DNA of 48,359 nucleotides, taken from the sequence record SRR2962707_2322. One strand, 5' to 3'. The notes beneath the pieces are model-generated. The model saw only the letters and a program-made list of their open reading frames with translations, did no database searches and was not told the origin of the DNA. Position numbers and translations under genes: made by a program. Positions 1 to 9,403 of this stretch are shown here, in pieces. The first letter of the stretch is position 1. Each line of letters begins with the position of its first letter.

Positions 1-1874
1 ACCGCCAGCTCCACCTTCTTGCCACTACGGGTATAGGGGATATCCGGCACGGAGATGACATGCCTGGGAACGTGGCGGGGGCTCGCGCCTTCGCGGATTC
101 TCGTTCGCAGACGTTGAATCAGTTCCGCGCTCAACTCGCCGCCGTCATTCGCCACCACCAGCAATACCACTTCCACATCACCGTCGATCTGGCGGCCCAC
201 CACCAGGCTGTCCTTGACCGACACCTCGGTTTCCACCTGACGATAGATCTCCGCGGTACCGATGCGTACGCCGCCCGGATTCAAAGTGGCATCGGAGCGG
301 CCATGGATCACCGCGCCGCCGTGTTCGGTGAAGTGAATGAAATCACCGTGTGCCCAGACTCCGGGGAAGGTTTCGAAATAGGCGGCACGGTAACGCTCAC
401 CCCGAGGGTCGCCCCAGAACGCCACCGGCATGGACGGTAGCGGCTGGCGGCATACCAACTCACCCCGGCCTTCGCTGACCGGCTCGCCGTGCTCCCCATA
501 CGCCACCGCGTCCACGCCCAGGAAGCGGCATTGAATCTCGCCCCGGCGCACCGGCAGAAGCGGCGTGGCGCCGACAAAACAGCCGCAAATATCGGTGCCG
601 CCGGCGATGGAGCCCAACAGTACCCGCGGAGCACCGTCGGCATAAACCCAGTCGTAATCCTCCGGCAGCAACGGCGATCCGGTGGAGAACAATACACGCA
701 AAGCGGACAGATCCAGGGTCTTTGCCGGTGTCAGGCCGGCCTTGCGGCATCCCGCCAGGAAGCGCGCGCTGGTGCCGAAGTGAGTCACCTTCTCGTCCGC
801 CACCAGACGCCACAACATGTCCAGATCCGGGTAGCCGGGTGAACCGTCCACGGTGATGACGGCAGCGCCGGTGAGCAAAGCCGAGGCCTGCCAGTTCCAC
901 ATCATCCAACCGCAGGTGGTGAAGTAGAGAAACCGGTCCGCCGGCCCGACATCGCCATGCAGCATCAGTTCCTTGGCGTGATTGACCAGCAACCCGGCGG
1001 CACCGTGGACGATGCACTTGGGCTTACCGGTGGTGCCGGAGGAATAAAGAATGTACACCGGATGGTCCGGCGGCAACGGCGTGAACGAAGGCGCCTGGCC
1101 CGCGCCTTCCGCCAGCGCCACCGGCCAGGGCGTGACCCGGTCGCCGGTCAGCGCCGGCTGGTCCGGCAGTTGCTGGACACTGACCACGCAACGCAGGCTC
1201 GGCAATCCCTCGATCAACCCGGCGAAGTCTTCCTGGCGGGCGAATACTTTGCCGCCGTAGCCGTAACCGTTCACCACGATCAAAGCGGCGGGTTCGATCT
1301 GGCCAAAGCGATCGAGGATGGCGCCCGTGCCGAAGTCCGGGGACGCGGAACTCCAGATCGCCCCCAGACTGGTGGCCGCCAGCATGCCCACCAGCGCCTC
1401 GTAACCGTTGGTCACCACCGCGGCGACGCGGTCCCCCCGAACAATACCCCGGGTACGGAAAAAGGCCTCCAAGGCCCCTACGTCCGCCTTCAGTTGCGCA
1501 TAACTTTTGCGCAGCACCGGGCGGGTTTCACAATAAGCCACCACCGCTTCCCGGTCGGCGTGTTCCCCCTCCGCTAGCCGCAACAGATTGGCGGCGAAGT
1601 TCATCCGCATGCCGGGAAACCACTCGGCACCGGGCATGTCGCGTCCGCTCAGCACCCGATCGGCGGGAACCTCGTGGATCAGTCCGCAATAGTCCCACAG
1701 ATGCTGCCAGAACAGCTCCAGCTCCTCGATCGACCACTGATGCAAAGCGTGATAATCAGCAAAGGGGCCGAACCCCCGCTCTTGCAGCCAGGTCTTGAAA
1801 CGTCCCATCTGGCAATTGGCCATGGTGTCCGCCGAAGGGGACCAGAGCACGGGGGAAGCTGCCATGTTGCTCAT
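1..1874 (-). CDS. Acetoacetate--CoA ligase (acetoacetyl-CoA synthetase), 3' end runs off the window
   Basis: Absent from the ORF track because it has no stop in the window. Manual translation gives MSNMAASPVLWSPSADT...DYHALHQWSI, the AMP-binding loop YSSGTTGKPKCIVH, FYFTTCGWMMWNW and the C-terminal SPRHVP...IPYTRSGKKVELAV. RBS AGGAG lies upstream of ATG 1874. Confidence 0.93.
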   Translation of the reverse strand, partial: MSNMAASPVLWSPSADTMANCQMGRFKTWLQERGFGPFADYHALHQWSIEELELFWQHLWDYCGLIHEVPADRVLSGRDMPGAEWFPGMRMNFAANLLRLAEGEHADREAVVAYCETRPVLRKSYAQLKADVGALEAFFRTRGIVRGDRVAAVVTNGYEALVGMLAATSLGAIWSSASPDFGTGAILDRFGQIEPAALIVVNGYGYGGKVFARQEDFAGLIEGLPSLRCVVSVQQLPDQPALTGDRVTPWPVALAEGAGQAPSFTPLPPDHPVYILYSSGTTGKPKCIVHGAAGLLVNHAKELMLHGDVGPADRFLYFTTCGWMMWNWQASALLTGAAVITVDGSPGYPDLDMLWRLVADEKVTHFGTSARFLAGCRKAGLTPAKTLDLSALRVLFSTGSPLLPEDYDWVYADGAPRVLLGSIAGGTDICGCFVGATPLLPVRRGEIQCRFLGVDAVAYGEHGEPVSEGRGELVCRQPLPSMPVAFWGDPRGERYRAAYFETFPGVWAHGDFIHFTEHGGAVIHGRSDATLNPGGVRIGTAEIYRQVETEVSVKDSLVVGRQIDGDVEVVLLVVANDGGELSAELIQRLRTRIREGASPRHVPRHVISVPDIPYTRSGKKVELA

Positions 1875-1908
1875 TCATTTCTCCTCTTACTGCATGCCTG
1901 TTAAAGCC

Positions 1909-3279
1909 CTAGGGCCCGCCGTAGATTTCATTGGGCAGCCAGGTGGCCAGGGGCTCGAACCAGAACACCAGGGCCAGGCCCAATAACTGCAGGGCGATAA
2001 ACGGCAATACGCCCAGATAGATGTGCCGTGTGGTGATCTCCGGCGGACACACGCCCTTGATATAAAACAGGGCGAACCCCACCGGCGGCGTCAAAAACGA
2101 GGTCTGCAAACACAGCGCGAACAGAATCGCGAACCACACCGGTTCCACGCCGAGGGAGAACACCACCGGCGCCACTAGCGGCAGAATGATCAAAGTGATC
2201 TCCACCCAGTCCAGGAAGAAACCAAGCAGGAAAGTGACCAGCAGAATGGTCAGCAGAATACCGGTGGTGCCGAACGGCAACCCGGTGATCGCCGCGCGTA
2301 TGACGTCATCGCCTCCCAGCCCGCGCAGCACCGCCGCGAACACCGTGGCGCCGATGAAAATTCCGAAAATAAACGCGGTGGTACGGCTGGTTTGATAGAG
2401 CGCGTCCTTGAGCACTGTCATATTCAGACGCCGGCTGAGCAGCGCCATCAACAAGGCCCCCGCCGCGCCCACGCCGGACGCCTCCGTGGTGGTGGCGATG
2501 CCGAAAAAGATCGAGCCCAGCACGGCGATGATCAGCGCCAGCGGCGGCACCACCGACAAGAACAGATCCCATACCGCCCGTCCGTCCAGACGGTCATGAT
2601 GCTTCGGTGCCGGCGCCAGATCTTTTTTCAACCAGGAGGCGATAACGATGTAGAGAATGTACATCGCTCCCAGCATCAAGCCGGGGATCAGGGCTCCCAT
2701 GAACAGTTTGCCAACGGAGGCCTCGGAGGTGCCCAACCGATCCGCCATCAACACCAGCATGATGCTCGGCGGCACCAGAATGCCCAGGGTTCCCACCGAA
2801 CAGGCGGTGCCCACGGCCAGCGGTTTGTTGTACTGGGCCTGCATCATCGGCCCCAGCGATAACATGCCCAGTAACACCACGGAGGCGCCAACGATGCCGG
2901 TGGACGCCGCCAGCAGAATACCGACCACAACCACGGTGATCGCGTAGCCGCCACGCAGCGGCCCGAGCACCCGCACCAGACTGTGCATCAATTTCTCGGC
3001 GATCCCGGAGCGGTCCAGCATGATGCCCATGAAGATGAAAAGCGGCAGCGCCACCATCAATTCATTGGCCACGATGCCGTAAATGCGGGCATCCAGAACA
3101 CCGATGGTACCGGCCCAGGTGAACCAGAGATCGGCGTCGAAATACTGAATCAATACACTGCCAATAACGGCGAATAAGAGCCCCACGCCCGCCAGCGCCC
3201 AGGCCACGGGAAAGCCCAACAACAGCAGCCCCATGAAACTGGCGAACATGGCGATAACCAGAATTTCTTCCAGACCCAT
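1909..3279 (-). CDS. TRAP transporter large permease (DctM)
   Basis: 456 aa, highly hydrophobic, with motifs LPLFIFMG, GTLGILVPPS and SFLTPPVG; adjacent to dctQ/dctP-like genes. Confidence 0.93.
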   Translation of the reverse strand: MGLEEILVIAMFASFMGLLLLGFPVAWALAGVGLLFAVIGSVLIQYFDADLWFTWAGTIGVLDARIYGIVANELMVALPLFIFMGIMLDRSGIAEKLMHSLVRVLGPLRGGYAITVVVVGILLAASTGIVGASVVLLGMLSLGPMMQAQYNKPLAVGTACSVGTLGILVPPSIMLVLMADRLGTSEASVGKLFMGALIPGLMLGAMYILYIVIASWLKKDLAPAPKHHDRLDGRAVWDLFLSVVPPLALIIAVLGSIFFGIATTTEASGVGAAGALLMALLSRRLNMTVLKDALYQTSRTTAFIFGIFIGATVFAAVLRGLGGDDVIRAAITGLPFGTTGILLTILLVTFLLGFFLDWVEITLIILPLVAPVVFSLGVEPVWFAILFALCLQTSFLTPPVGFALFYIKGVCPPEITTRHIYLGVLPFIALQLLGLALVFWFEPLATWLPNEIYGGP

Positions 3280-3297
3280 AATAGTGATGCCTCTTGA

Positions 3298-3906
3298 TCA
3301 GGGGTGGGGATGAGCGCCGTCGCGCTCGTCCGTGCCGGGCTGGATTTCACGAGGAAAACGGAACAGGAAAGTGGCGCAGCGCAGTCCCCGGGAGAACAAC
3401 GCCACGGCCACCAGCATCAGCCCCAGTGGCAACACACTTTTGAAAATGAACCGGTGCGGCAGCCCGCTGGGAGCCTGGGAGCGTTCGCTGAAGGTGTAGG
3501 CCTTGTAGGCGTAGGGCACCAAGGCATCGATCATCAGATAAAGGATCGGCAAGGCCAGCAATACGATGGCCACCAGTTCGATCCACGCCTGGGCTTTCAG
3601 GGATAATTTTTCCCGCAAGACATCCACCCTGACGTGGTCATCCCGGACCACGGCGTAGCCCAGGGTCAACATCATGGCGGCGCCGAAAAAGTGCCAGGAC
3701 AATTCCTCCAGAGCGATGGAGCCTTCGTTCATCACGAAACGGCTGAACACATTGCTTAATACCACCGCCAGAACCGCCAGCCAGAGCCAGGAGCACCAGC
3801 GCCCGACCCCGGCCACCAGCCGGTCCAGCCACCAGGACAATCGGTTGTACGGCAAGACATCGGCCCCGGCCGCCTCGGCATCGGGGGAAACAGGCTCGTC
3901 GGTCAC
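3298..3906 (-). CDS. TRAP transporter small permease (DctQ)
   Basis: 4 TM segments and an HVRVD motif; likely GTG start at 3906 after GAGG (the ORF extends to 3930). Confidence 0.88.
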   Translation of the reverse strand: MTDEPVSPDAEAAGADVLPYNRLSWWLDRLVAGVGRWCSWLWLAVLAVVLSNVFSRFVMNEGSIALEELSWHFFGAAMMLTLGYAVVRDDHVRVDVLREKLSLKAQAWIELVAIVLLALPILYLMIDALVPYAYKAYTFSERSQAPSGLPHRFIFKSVLPLGLMLVAVALFSRGLRCATFLFRFPREIQPGTDERDGAHPHP

Positions 3907-3983
3907 GGTCACCTCTGCGTCGGATAGCAAATGACATCGGCAGGCACCGGACGGAGCCTGCCCCGGGGGTTATCCGGTTCGGG

Positions 3984-5069
3984 TCAGTCGTACTGATAGA
4001 AATCCCGCGGCAGATACCCTTTGCTGTGCCAGATGGCGTGATGCTTCATGAACTCGCGCTGACTGGTGAGCACGCGCTTGAACATGGCGTCCTTGGCGGC
4101 CATGTCATCGAGCACCTTGTTGGTGACCTTCTCCAATTCACGCAACACCGGTTCCGGCAGGGTCTGCGCGGTGACGCCTTCCTTCTGGTATTCCCGCAGG
4201 GCGGTGGGCTGTGCCCATTCACTCTGGGCAAATCCCTTGAGAACGGCGGACTCGCAGCCCATTTCGATCAAGGCGCGGCTTTCCGGCTTGAGCTTGTTCC
4301 AAGCGTCCTTGTTCACCAGCAAATGAGAGGTGGTGAGGGTCTGGTGCCAACCCGGCATCACATAGTTCTTGATGATCTGATCCAGGCCCAGCATCTTGTC
4401 GATGGCGGGCTGGGAGAACTCGGTGGCGTCGATGGTCTTGCGCTCCAGGGACTGATACAGCTCGCCACCGGGGATCATGGTGACGGAGGCGCCCAGTTCT
4501 TCCAGCACCTTGCCGCCAATACCGGCGAAACGGATCCGCAGCCCCTCGATGTCCTTGAGCTCACTGATCGGCTTGGCGAACCAGCCCGCGCCCTCGGGGC
4601 CGATGATGCTGCACAGCATCGGGTGGATATTGCGCTCGTCGTAAATCTCTTCCAGCAGCGCCTTGCCATCCCCTTCGTAGTACCAGGCCAAATAGGCGGG
4701 CGGTTCCATATTGAACGGGGCGCCCGAATACAGCGGTAGAGCCGGAATGGTGCCCTGATCGTAGCCGACCCAGGTGTAGCCCGCCGGGTACTTGCCCTCG
4801 CTGACGGCGTCCATGATTTCAAACGGTGGCACCAGTTCGCCGGGCTCGTAGTAACGCAGTTGAATATCGCCGCCGGAAATCGCTTTCAGGTTGTCCGAGA
4901 GATATTTGATCGGGGTGGTCAGACCCACCAGGTGGGAAGGGAATGCCAGCGGTACCTGCCAGCGTATTTTTTCCTCCGCCATGGCTTGACCGCTGATCAG
5001 ACTGGCTGACATCAGAGCAGCGAAAGTGGCGCCGCGCCCGAGATTGGAGAGCTGTTGCTTGAGCGACAT
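3984..5069 (-). CDS. TRAP substrate-binding protein (DctP, TakP-like keto/monocarboxylate binding)
   Basis: Signal peptide ending AMA, PGELVPPFEI, GLRIRFAG, IDATEFS and YVMPGWHQ; ATG 5069 follows AAGGA. Confidence 0.9.
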   Translation of the reverse strand: MSLKQQLSNLGRGATFAALMSASLISGQAMAEEKIRWQVPLAFPSHLVGLTTPIKYLSDNLKAISGGDIQLRYYEPGELVPPFEIMDAVSEGKYPAGYTWVGYDQGTIPALPLYSGAPFNMEPPAYLAWYYEGDGKALLEEIYDERNIHPMLCSIIGPEGAGWFAKPISELKDIEGLRIRFAGIGGKVLEELGASVTMIPGGELYQSLERKTIDATEFSQPAIDKMLGLDQIIKNYVMPGWHQTLTTSHLLVNKDAWNKLKPESRALIEMGCESAVLKGFAQSEWAQPTALREYQKEGVTAQTLPEPVLRELEKVTNKVLDDMAAKDAMFKRVLTSQREFMKHHAIWHSKGYLPRDFYQYD

Positions 5070-5137
5070 GAAAAGAATCCTTCTTGTTGTTGTGCGACTG
5101 TCGGGGTGGTTGTTCCCACCTTCTGCGCACACCAACT

Positions 5138-5154
5138 AGCAGGCACCGTGCCAG
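5138..5154 (-). promoter_or_regulatory. Sigma54 (-24/-12) promoter of the dctPQM-acetoacetyl-CoA synthetase operon
   Basis: Minus strand reads CTGGCACGGTGCCTGCT, matching TGGCACG-N4-TTGCW; a sigma54 activator gene is adjacent. Confidence 0.85.
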
Positions 5155-5215
5155 ACCAGAAAACCCTTTAAAAACAAAGAGGTATGAGTTTTCCGGTGAT
5201 TCCTCTTCATAAAAG

Positions 5216-5296
5216 TGTCCGGAATACAGAACAGGTTTAGACAAAGGTCTAACGAAACTGTCCTAAAATATGGACACCTGTCTTGAAATCAGGACA
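5216..5296. promoter_or_regulatory. Three palindromic TGTCC-N8-GGACA-like boxes, putative upstream activator sites
   Basis: TGTCC-ggaataca-GAACA (5216-5233), TGTCC-taaaatat-GGACA (5259-5276) and TGTCT-tgaaatca-GGACA (5279-5296), all upstream of the sigma54 promoter. Confidence 0.65.
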
Positions 5297-6701
5297 GCTT
5301 ATTCAGCTTTTCATACAGGGCCGAACGGGAGATCCCCAGTATCCGCGCCGCGCGGGAACGGTTGCCCCGGCTGGCCACCAGCGCGGCCTCGATGGCCTGA
5401 AGTTCCGCCTCCGCCAGCACCTGGGCCAGTGGACGGGCCGGTTGCGCCGCCCCAACCGGTTGCAGGCGTCCGCTTTTGCGCGGCAACACCTTGAAGATGG
5501 CGTCGGCGTCCAGCAGGCCGGTTTCCTCCCCCATGGTCAGGCCCCGTTCGAGCACATTACGCAACTCGCGGACATTACCGGGCCAGTCATAACTGCTGAG
5601 GGCCGACACCGCGGCATCAGTGATCTCGGCACGCAGCTCCAGACCGGCCGCGATATCCTCCAGAATCGCTTCACACAGCACGCCCAGATCCGGCAGGCGT
5701 TCCCGCAGGGGCGGGATGGTGATCTCCAGCACATTGAGCCGGTAATAGAGATCCGAACGGAAGCGGCCCTCTTCCATCATGGTTTCCAGATTACGGCTGG
5801 TGGCGGCGATTACCCGCACATCCACCTGGGCCACCTTGTTGGAGCCCAGCGGTTCGATCTCCCCTTCCTGTAACGCCCGCAACAGCTTGGCCTGCAGCGC
5901 CAGCGGCATATCGCCCACTTCATCCAGAAACAGGGTGCCGCCATTGGCCAATTGGAATTTGCCGTCCCGGGTACGCCGGTCGGCGCCGGTGTAGGCGCCC
6001 GGCGCCACACCGAAGAACTCCGCCTCCAGCAGGTTTTCCGGTATCGCCGCCACATTGACGCCGACGAAGGGACGGTCCGCCCGCCGCGACAGAACGTGGA
6101 TGGCCTGGGCCAGAACTTCCTTGCCGGTGCCGGTTTCCCCCAGCAACAGCACCGGCATGTCCCGCCCCGCGGCCAGCCGGGCACGGCGCTTGACCTCAAG
6201 CGCCGCCGGGCTGGCGCCAACGAAATCCCCCAGGCTGTAACGCGTACCGCGATTTTTCCTCGCCAGCGCCTTGCGGGCCGCCACCAAATCCTGGTGCAAA
6301 CGGCGGTACTTGCTGACCAGCGGCGTCAACGGCTGCAGGTCGTCGTACAACACGAACGCCACCGCGCCCATGACCTTGCCGCTGTCGTCAAAATAAGGCA
6401 GCCGCGTCACCACCAGTTGCTGGGATTCGTATTCCATGATGTCCAGCAGCAGGGGGCGGCCGGTTTCCACCACTTCCGGCATGCGCGTCATGGGGATCAC
6501 CCGGCGTACCGGTTCACCGATCACCGCCGCCGGATCCTCGATACCCAGCAGCGAGGCGTAGCTGCCGTTGATCCAGGTAATCCGGGCCTGCCGGTCCACC
6601 GCGATGCCCCCCGCGCTGGCTTGCTCGAACATGGGAAACAGGGCTTCGATCAGGTCGCGGGTCAGCCCGCTCTTATCGTTCTTGCTGAACAGCTGTGTCA
6701 T
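5289..6701 (-). CDS. Sigma54-dependent transcriptional activator (PAS-AAA+-Fis HTH), HbcR-like
   Basis: GETGTGKE Walker A, GAYTGA, FLDEVG, RSDLYYRLNV, WPGNVREL and a C-terminal HTH (AARILGISRSALY). Start taken at MTQLF. Confidence 0.93.
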   Translation of the reverse strand: MTQLFSKNDKSGLTRDLIEALFPMFEQASAGGIAVDRQARITWINGSYASLLGIEDPAAVIGEPVRRVIPMTRMPEVVETGRPLLLDIMEYESQQLVVTRLPYFDDSGKVMGAVAFVLYDDLQPLTPLVSKYRRLHQDLVAARKALARKNRGTRYSLGDFVGASPAALEVKRRARLAAGRDMPVLLLGETGTGKEVLAQAIHVLSRRADRPFVGVNVAAIPENLLEAEFFGVAPGAYTGADRRTRDGKFQLANGGTLFLDEVGDMPLALQAKLLRALQEGEIEPLGSNKVAQVDVRVIAATSRNLETMMEEGRFRSDLYYRLNVLEITIPPLRERLPDLGVLCEAILEDIAAGLELRAEITDAAVSALSSYDWPGNVRELRNVLERGLTMGEETGLLDADAIFKVLPRKSGRLQPVGAAQPARPLAQVLAEAELQAIEAALVASRGNRSRAARILGISRSALYEKLNKLS

Positions 6702-7015
6702 GCAAATACCGCCGGAGACACTCATGGATGGACCCACGCCATCGCGGGGCTGCGGGAGGCGGGATTGCGGAAAGTATAGGGGGGCGGTGTGAACAGGGTA
6801 AACGCCGGCACAACCGGGCGCCGCCGGATGAAAGGTCCGGTTTGCTGCAATTTCGTCTGAATCGACGAATATCCCCAATCCTCACTGAGGAACACTCAAG
6901 CATGGATTTTCTGGAGCCGCCCATGGAATTCAGAGGTTGCCACGAAGCCTCCGCAGGAGCTGTGGGACAGCAGTGACCCCCGGCATTTTTTCAGTATCAG
7001 AACAAAGGATTCTAC

Positions 7016-8557
7016 ATGAGCAGTCCCGACCCGCGCTTTCTTCCCGTCCTTGTGGGCGTGGGTGAAATCACCGATCAGCCGCAACAACTGGAGCGGGGAC
7101 TGGAACCGCTGGCGCTAATGGAGCATGCCCTGCGTCGGGCCGAACAGGACAGCGGCGCCGCCCTGCTCGATCAACTGGATTCCGTCGACATCGTTTATCA
7201 GTTGTCCTGGCCTTATCCGGACACCGAGGCGCAATTGTGCCAACGCCTGGGGCGGCAGCCGCAACGGGTGGAACTCGGCCCCATGGGCGGGGAATCGCCA
7301 TTGCGCTATCTGCATCAGGCCGCCCTGGCCATCGCACGGGGTGAATACCGGGTGGCGGCGGTGGTCGGCGCCGAGTCCCGGCACACCACGGAGCGGGCGG
7401 CGAAACAGAATCTGGATCTGCCCTGGCCACCGCGTGATCCAGCGCCGAAAGTGCGGCGCGGCAAGGACATTCTGCATCCGCTGTCACTCAAACACGGCAT
7501 TCTGATGCCGCCAACGGTGTATCCGTTCTACGAAAACGCTCTGCCTCGCCGCTATGGTCAGACGCCCCGCGCGGCCATGGAAGAGTCCGGCCGGCTATGG
7601 GCGCGAATGGCCCGCATCGCGGCGAACAATCCCTATACCTGGTCCGAGCGCACACCGAGCGCCGAGGAGATCATTACCCCGACAGCGGAAAACCGGGCGG
7701 TGGCCTGGCCCTACACCAAATGGCAGGTGGCCAACCCGATGGTCAATCAGGGGGCCGCCCTGTTGCTGACCAGCGCCGCCGTGGCCAGGAAAATGGGAAT
7801 TCCCGAGGAACGCTGGATCCACTTGTGGGGCGGAGCGGCGGCGGTGGAGCCGGAGGATTATTTGCAACGGGATCAGTTCCACCGCTCCCACGCCCAGGAC
7901 ACCGTGCTGGAAACCGTGCTGCGGTGGGCCGGCGGCGACGTCGGCGGCTTCCGCCATCTGGAGCTGTACAGCTGTTTTCCCTGCGTGCCCAAAATGGCCC
8001 GCCGCACTCTCGGCCTGGACGAGGATTTCGAGCCCAGCGTGACTGGCGGCCTGAGCTTCTTCGGCGCACCGATGAACAACTACATGACTCATGCCGCCGC
8101 CGCCATGGTGCGCCGCCTGCGCGACAGCGCCCCGGGCGAGGGGCTGCTCTACGGCCAGGGGGAATACGTCACCAAACACCATGCCGTGGTGCTTTCCAAC
8201 CGGCCGCCACCGGCACCGCTGGCCGAGGACTACAGCGTGCAGGCGCAAGCCGATGCCCGCCGCGGACCGGTGCCGCCGCTGCTGGAACGCTATCAGGGCC
8301 CGGCCACGCTGGAGACGTTCACCGCGCTGTTCAACCGTGCCGGAGAGGTGGATTACGCCGTGGTGCTGGCTCTGACGCCGGCCGGCGAACGCGTGATGGC
8401 ACGGGTTCCCGGCACCGATCGCGCCACCCTGGACACCCTGCTCGACCCCGCGAACAGCCCCATCGGCCTGGCCGGCGAGGCCATGCCGGGAGAAGAGGAT
8501 CTTCTGCACTTCCGCATCGCCACACGGCGGACCGCCAGCACCAAAGAGGCTATCTAG
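7016..8557 (+). CDS. Thiolase-like protein (acetyl-CoA acetyltransferase family, non-canonical active site)
   Basis: PVLVGVG, NQGAALLL, LELYSCFP and TGGLSFFGAPMNNY, plus an extra C-terminal domain; RBS AAGGA. Confidence 0.8.
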   Translation: MSSPDPRFLPVLVGVGEITDQPQQLERGLEPLALMEHALRRAEQDSGAALLDQLDSVDIVYQLSWPYPDTEAQLCQRLGRQPQRVELGPMGGESPLRYLHQAALAIARGEYRVAAVVGAESRHTTERAAKQNLDLPWPPRDPAPKVRRGKDILHPLSLKHGILMPPTVYPFYENALPRRYGQTPRAAMEESGRLWARMARIAANNPYTWSERTPSAEEIITPTAENRAVAWPYTKWQVANPMVNQGAALLLTSAAVARKMGIPEERWIHLWGGAAAVEPEDYLQRDQFHRSHAQDTVLETVLRWAGGDVGGFRHLELYSCFPCVPKMARRTLGLDEDFEPSVTGGLSFFGAPMNNYMTHAAAAMVRRLRDSAPGEGLLYGQGEYVTKHHAVVLSNRPPPAPLAEDYSVQAQADARRGPVPPLLERYQGPATLETFTALFNRAGEVDYAVVLALTPAGERVMARVPGTDRATLDTLLDPANSPIGLAGEAMPGEEDLLHFRIATRRTASTKEAI

Positions 8558-8589
8558 CCCCCCAAAATACCTGGATGAGAAACGCGCAC

Positions 8590-9378
8590 ATGACGGATAA
8601 CACCAATAACGCCGTAACCCTGGAACGCCTGGGCGATCACATTGCCCTGGTCACTCTCAATCGGCCGCAAGCCCGCAACGCCGTCAACGGCGACGTGGCC
8701 CAGGGACTGGCAGCCGCGGTCAAAGCCACCGAAGCGGACAACGACATCCGCGCCGTGATTCTGCAGGGCAGCGGCGACAAGGTGTTCTGCGCCGGCGCCG
8801 ATCTCAAGGAAATCTCCGCCGGCAACGCCCATCGGCTGGTTACCAAGGAAGGCGGTTTCGCCGGTTTTGTTCATGCACCGCGCCGCAAGGTCTGGATCGC
8901 CGCGCTCAATGGGCTGGCCCTGGCCGGCGGTCTGGAAATCGCGTTGACCTGCGACCTGCGCGTGGCGTCCCCCAAGGTGGCGTTCGGTTTACCGGAGGTG
9001 AAACGCGGGCTGGTGGCGCTGGCCGGCGGCCTCTATCGCCTGCCGCGCAATCTGCCCCGAGCCATCGCTCTGGAGCTGATCGCCACCGGCAACACCCTGG
9101 ACGCCCGGCGCGCCTATGACTTCGGCCTGGTAAACCGGCTGGTGGAAGCGGATCAGGTTCTGGACACCGCCCGGGAACTGGCCGAAACCATCGCCGCCAA
9201 TGCGCCGATCGCGGTGCAGGAAAGTCTGGTCATCGCCCGCCTTACCCACGATCTGGACGAGGCCGCGCTGATCGCCGCCGGCGACAAGGCCCGTGAGTAT
9301 CTGGTGACCACCGAGGACTATCAGGAAGGGCCGCGCGCTTTCATCGAGAAACGGGAACCGGTCTGGACCGGCCGCTGA
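8590..9378 (+). CDS. Enoyl-CoA hydratase/isomerase (crotonase) family protein
   Basis: LNRPQARNA, FCAGADLKE, ALAGGLEIAL and FGLPEVKRG. Only the C-terminal part of ORF 7597..9378 is real; an alternative start is at 8575. Confidence 0.9.
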   Translation: MTDNTNNAVTLERLGDHIALVTLNRPQARNAVNGDVAQGLAAAVKATEADNDIRAVILQGSGDKVFCAGADLKEISAGNAHRLVTKEGGFAGFVHAPRRKVWIAALNGLALAGGLEIALTCDLRVASPKVAFGLPEVKRGLVALAGGLYRLPRNLPRAIALELIATGNTLDARRAYDFGLVNRLVEADQVLDTARELAETIAANAPIAVQESLVIARLTHDLDEAALIAAGDKAREYLVTTEDYQEGPRAFIEKREPVWTGR

Positions 9379-9403
9379 CCGCTCATCCTTCGGGAGATTC
9401 ATC

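Noticed and set aside
60-1577. Plus-strand ORFs at the left end
   Set aside because: They are antisense to the acetoacetyl-CoA synthetase, which explains the region.
7597-8589. 593-aa fusion ORF ending in the crotonase
   Set aside because: The N-terminal part is an off-frame shadow of the thiolase-like gene (Arg/Pro/Gly-rich); the real CDS starts at 8575 or 8590.
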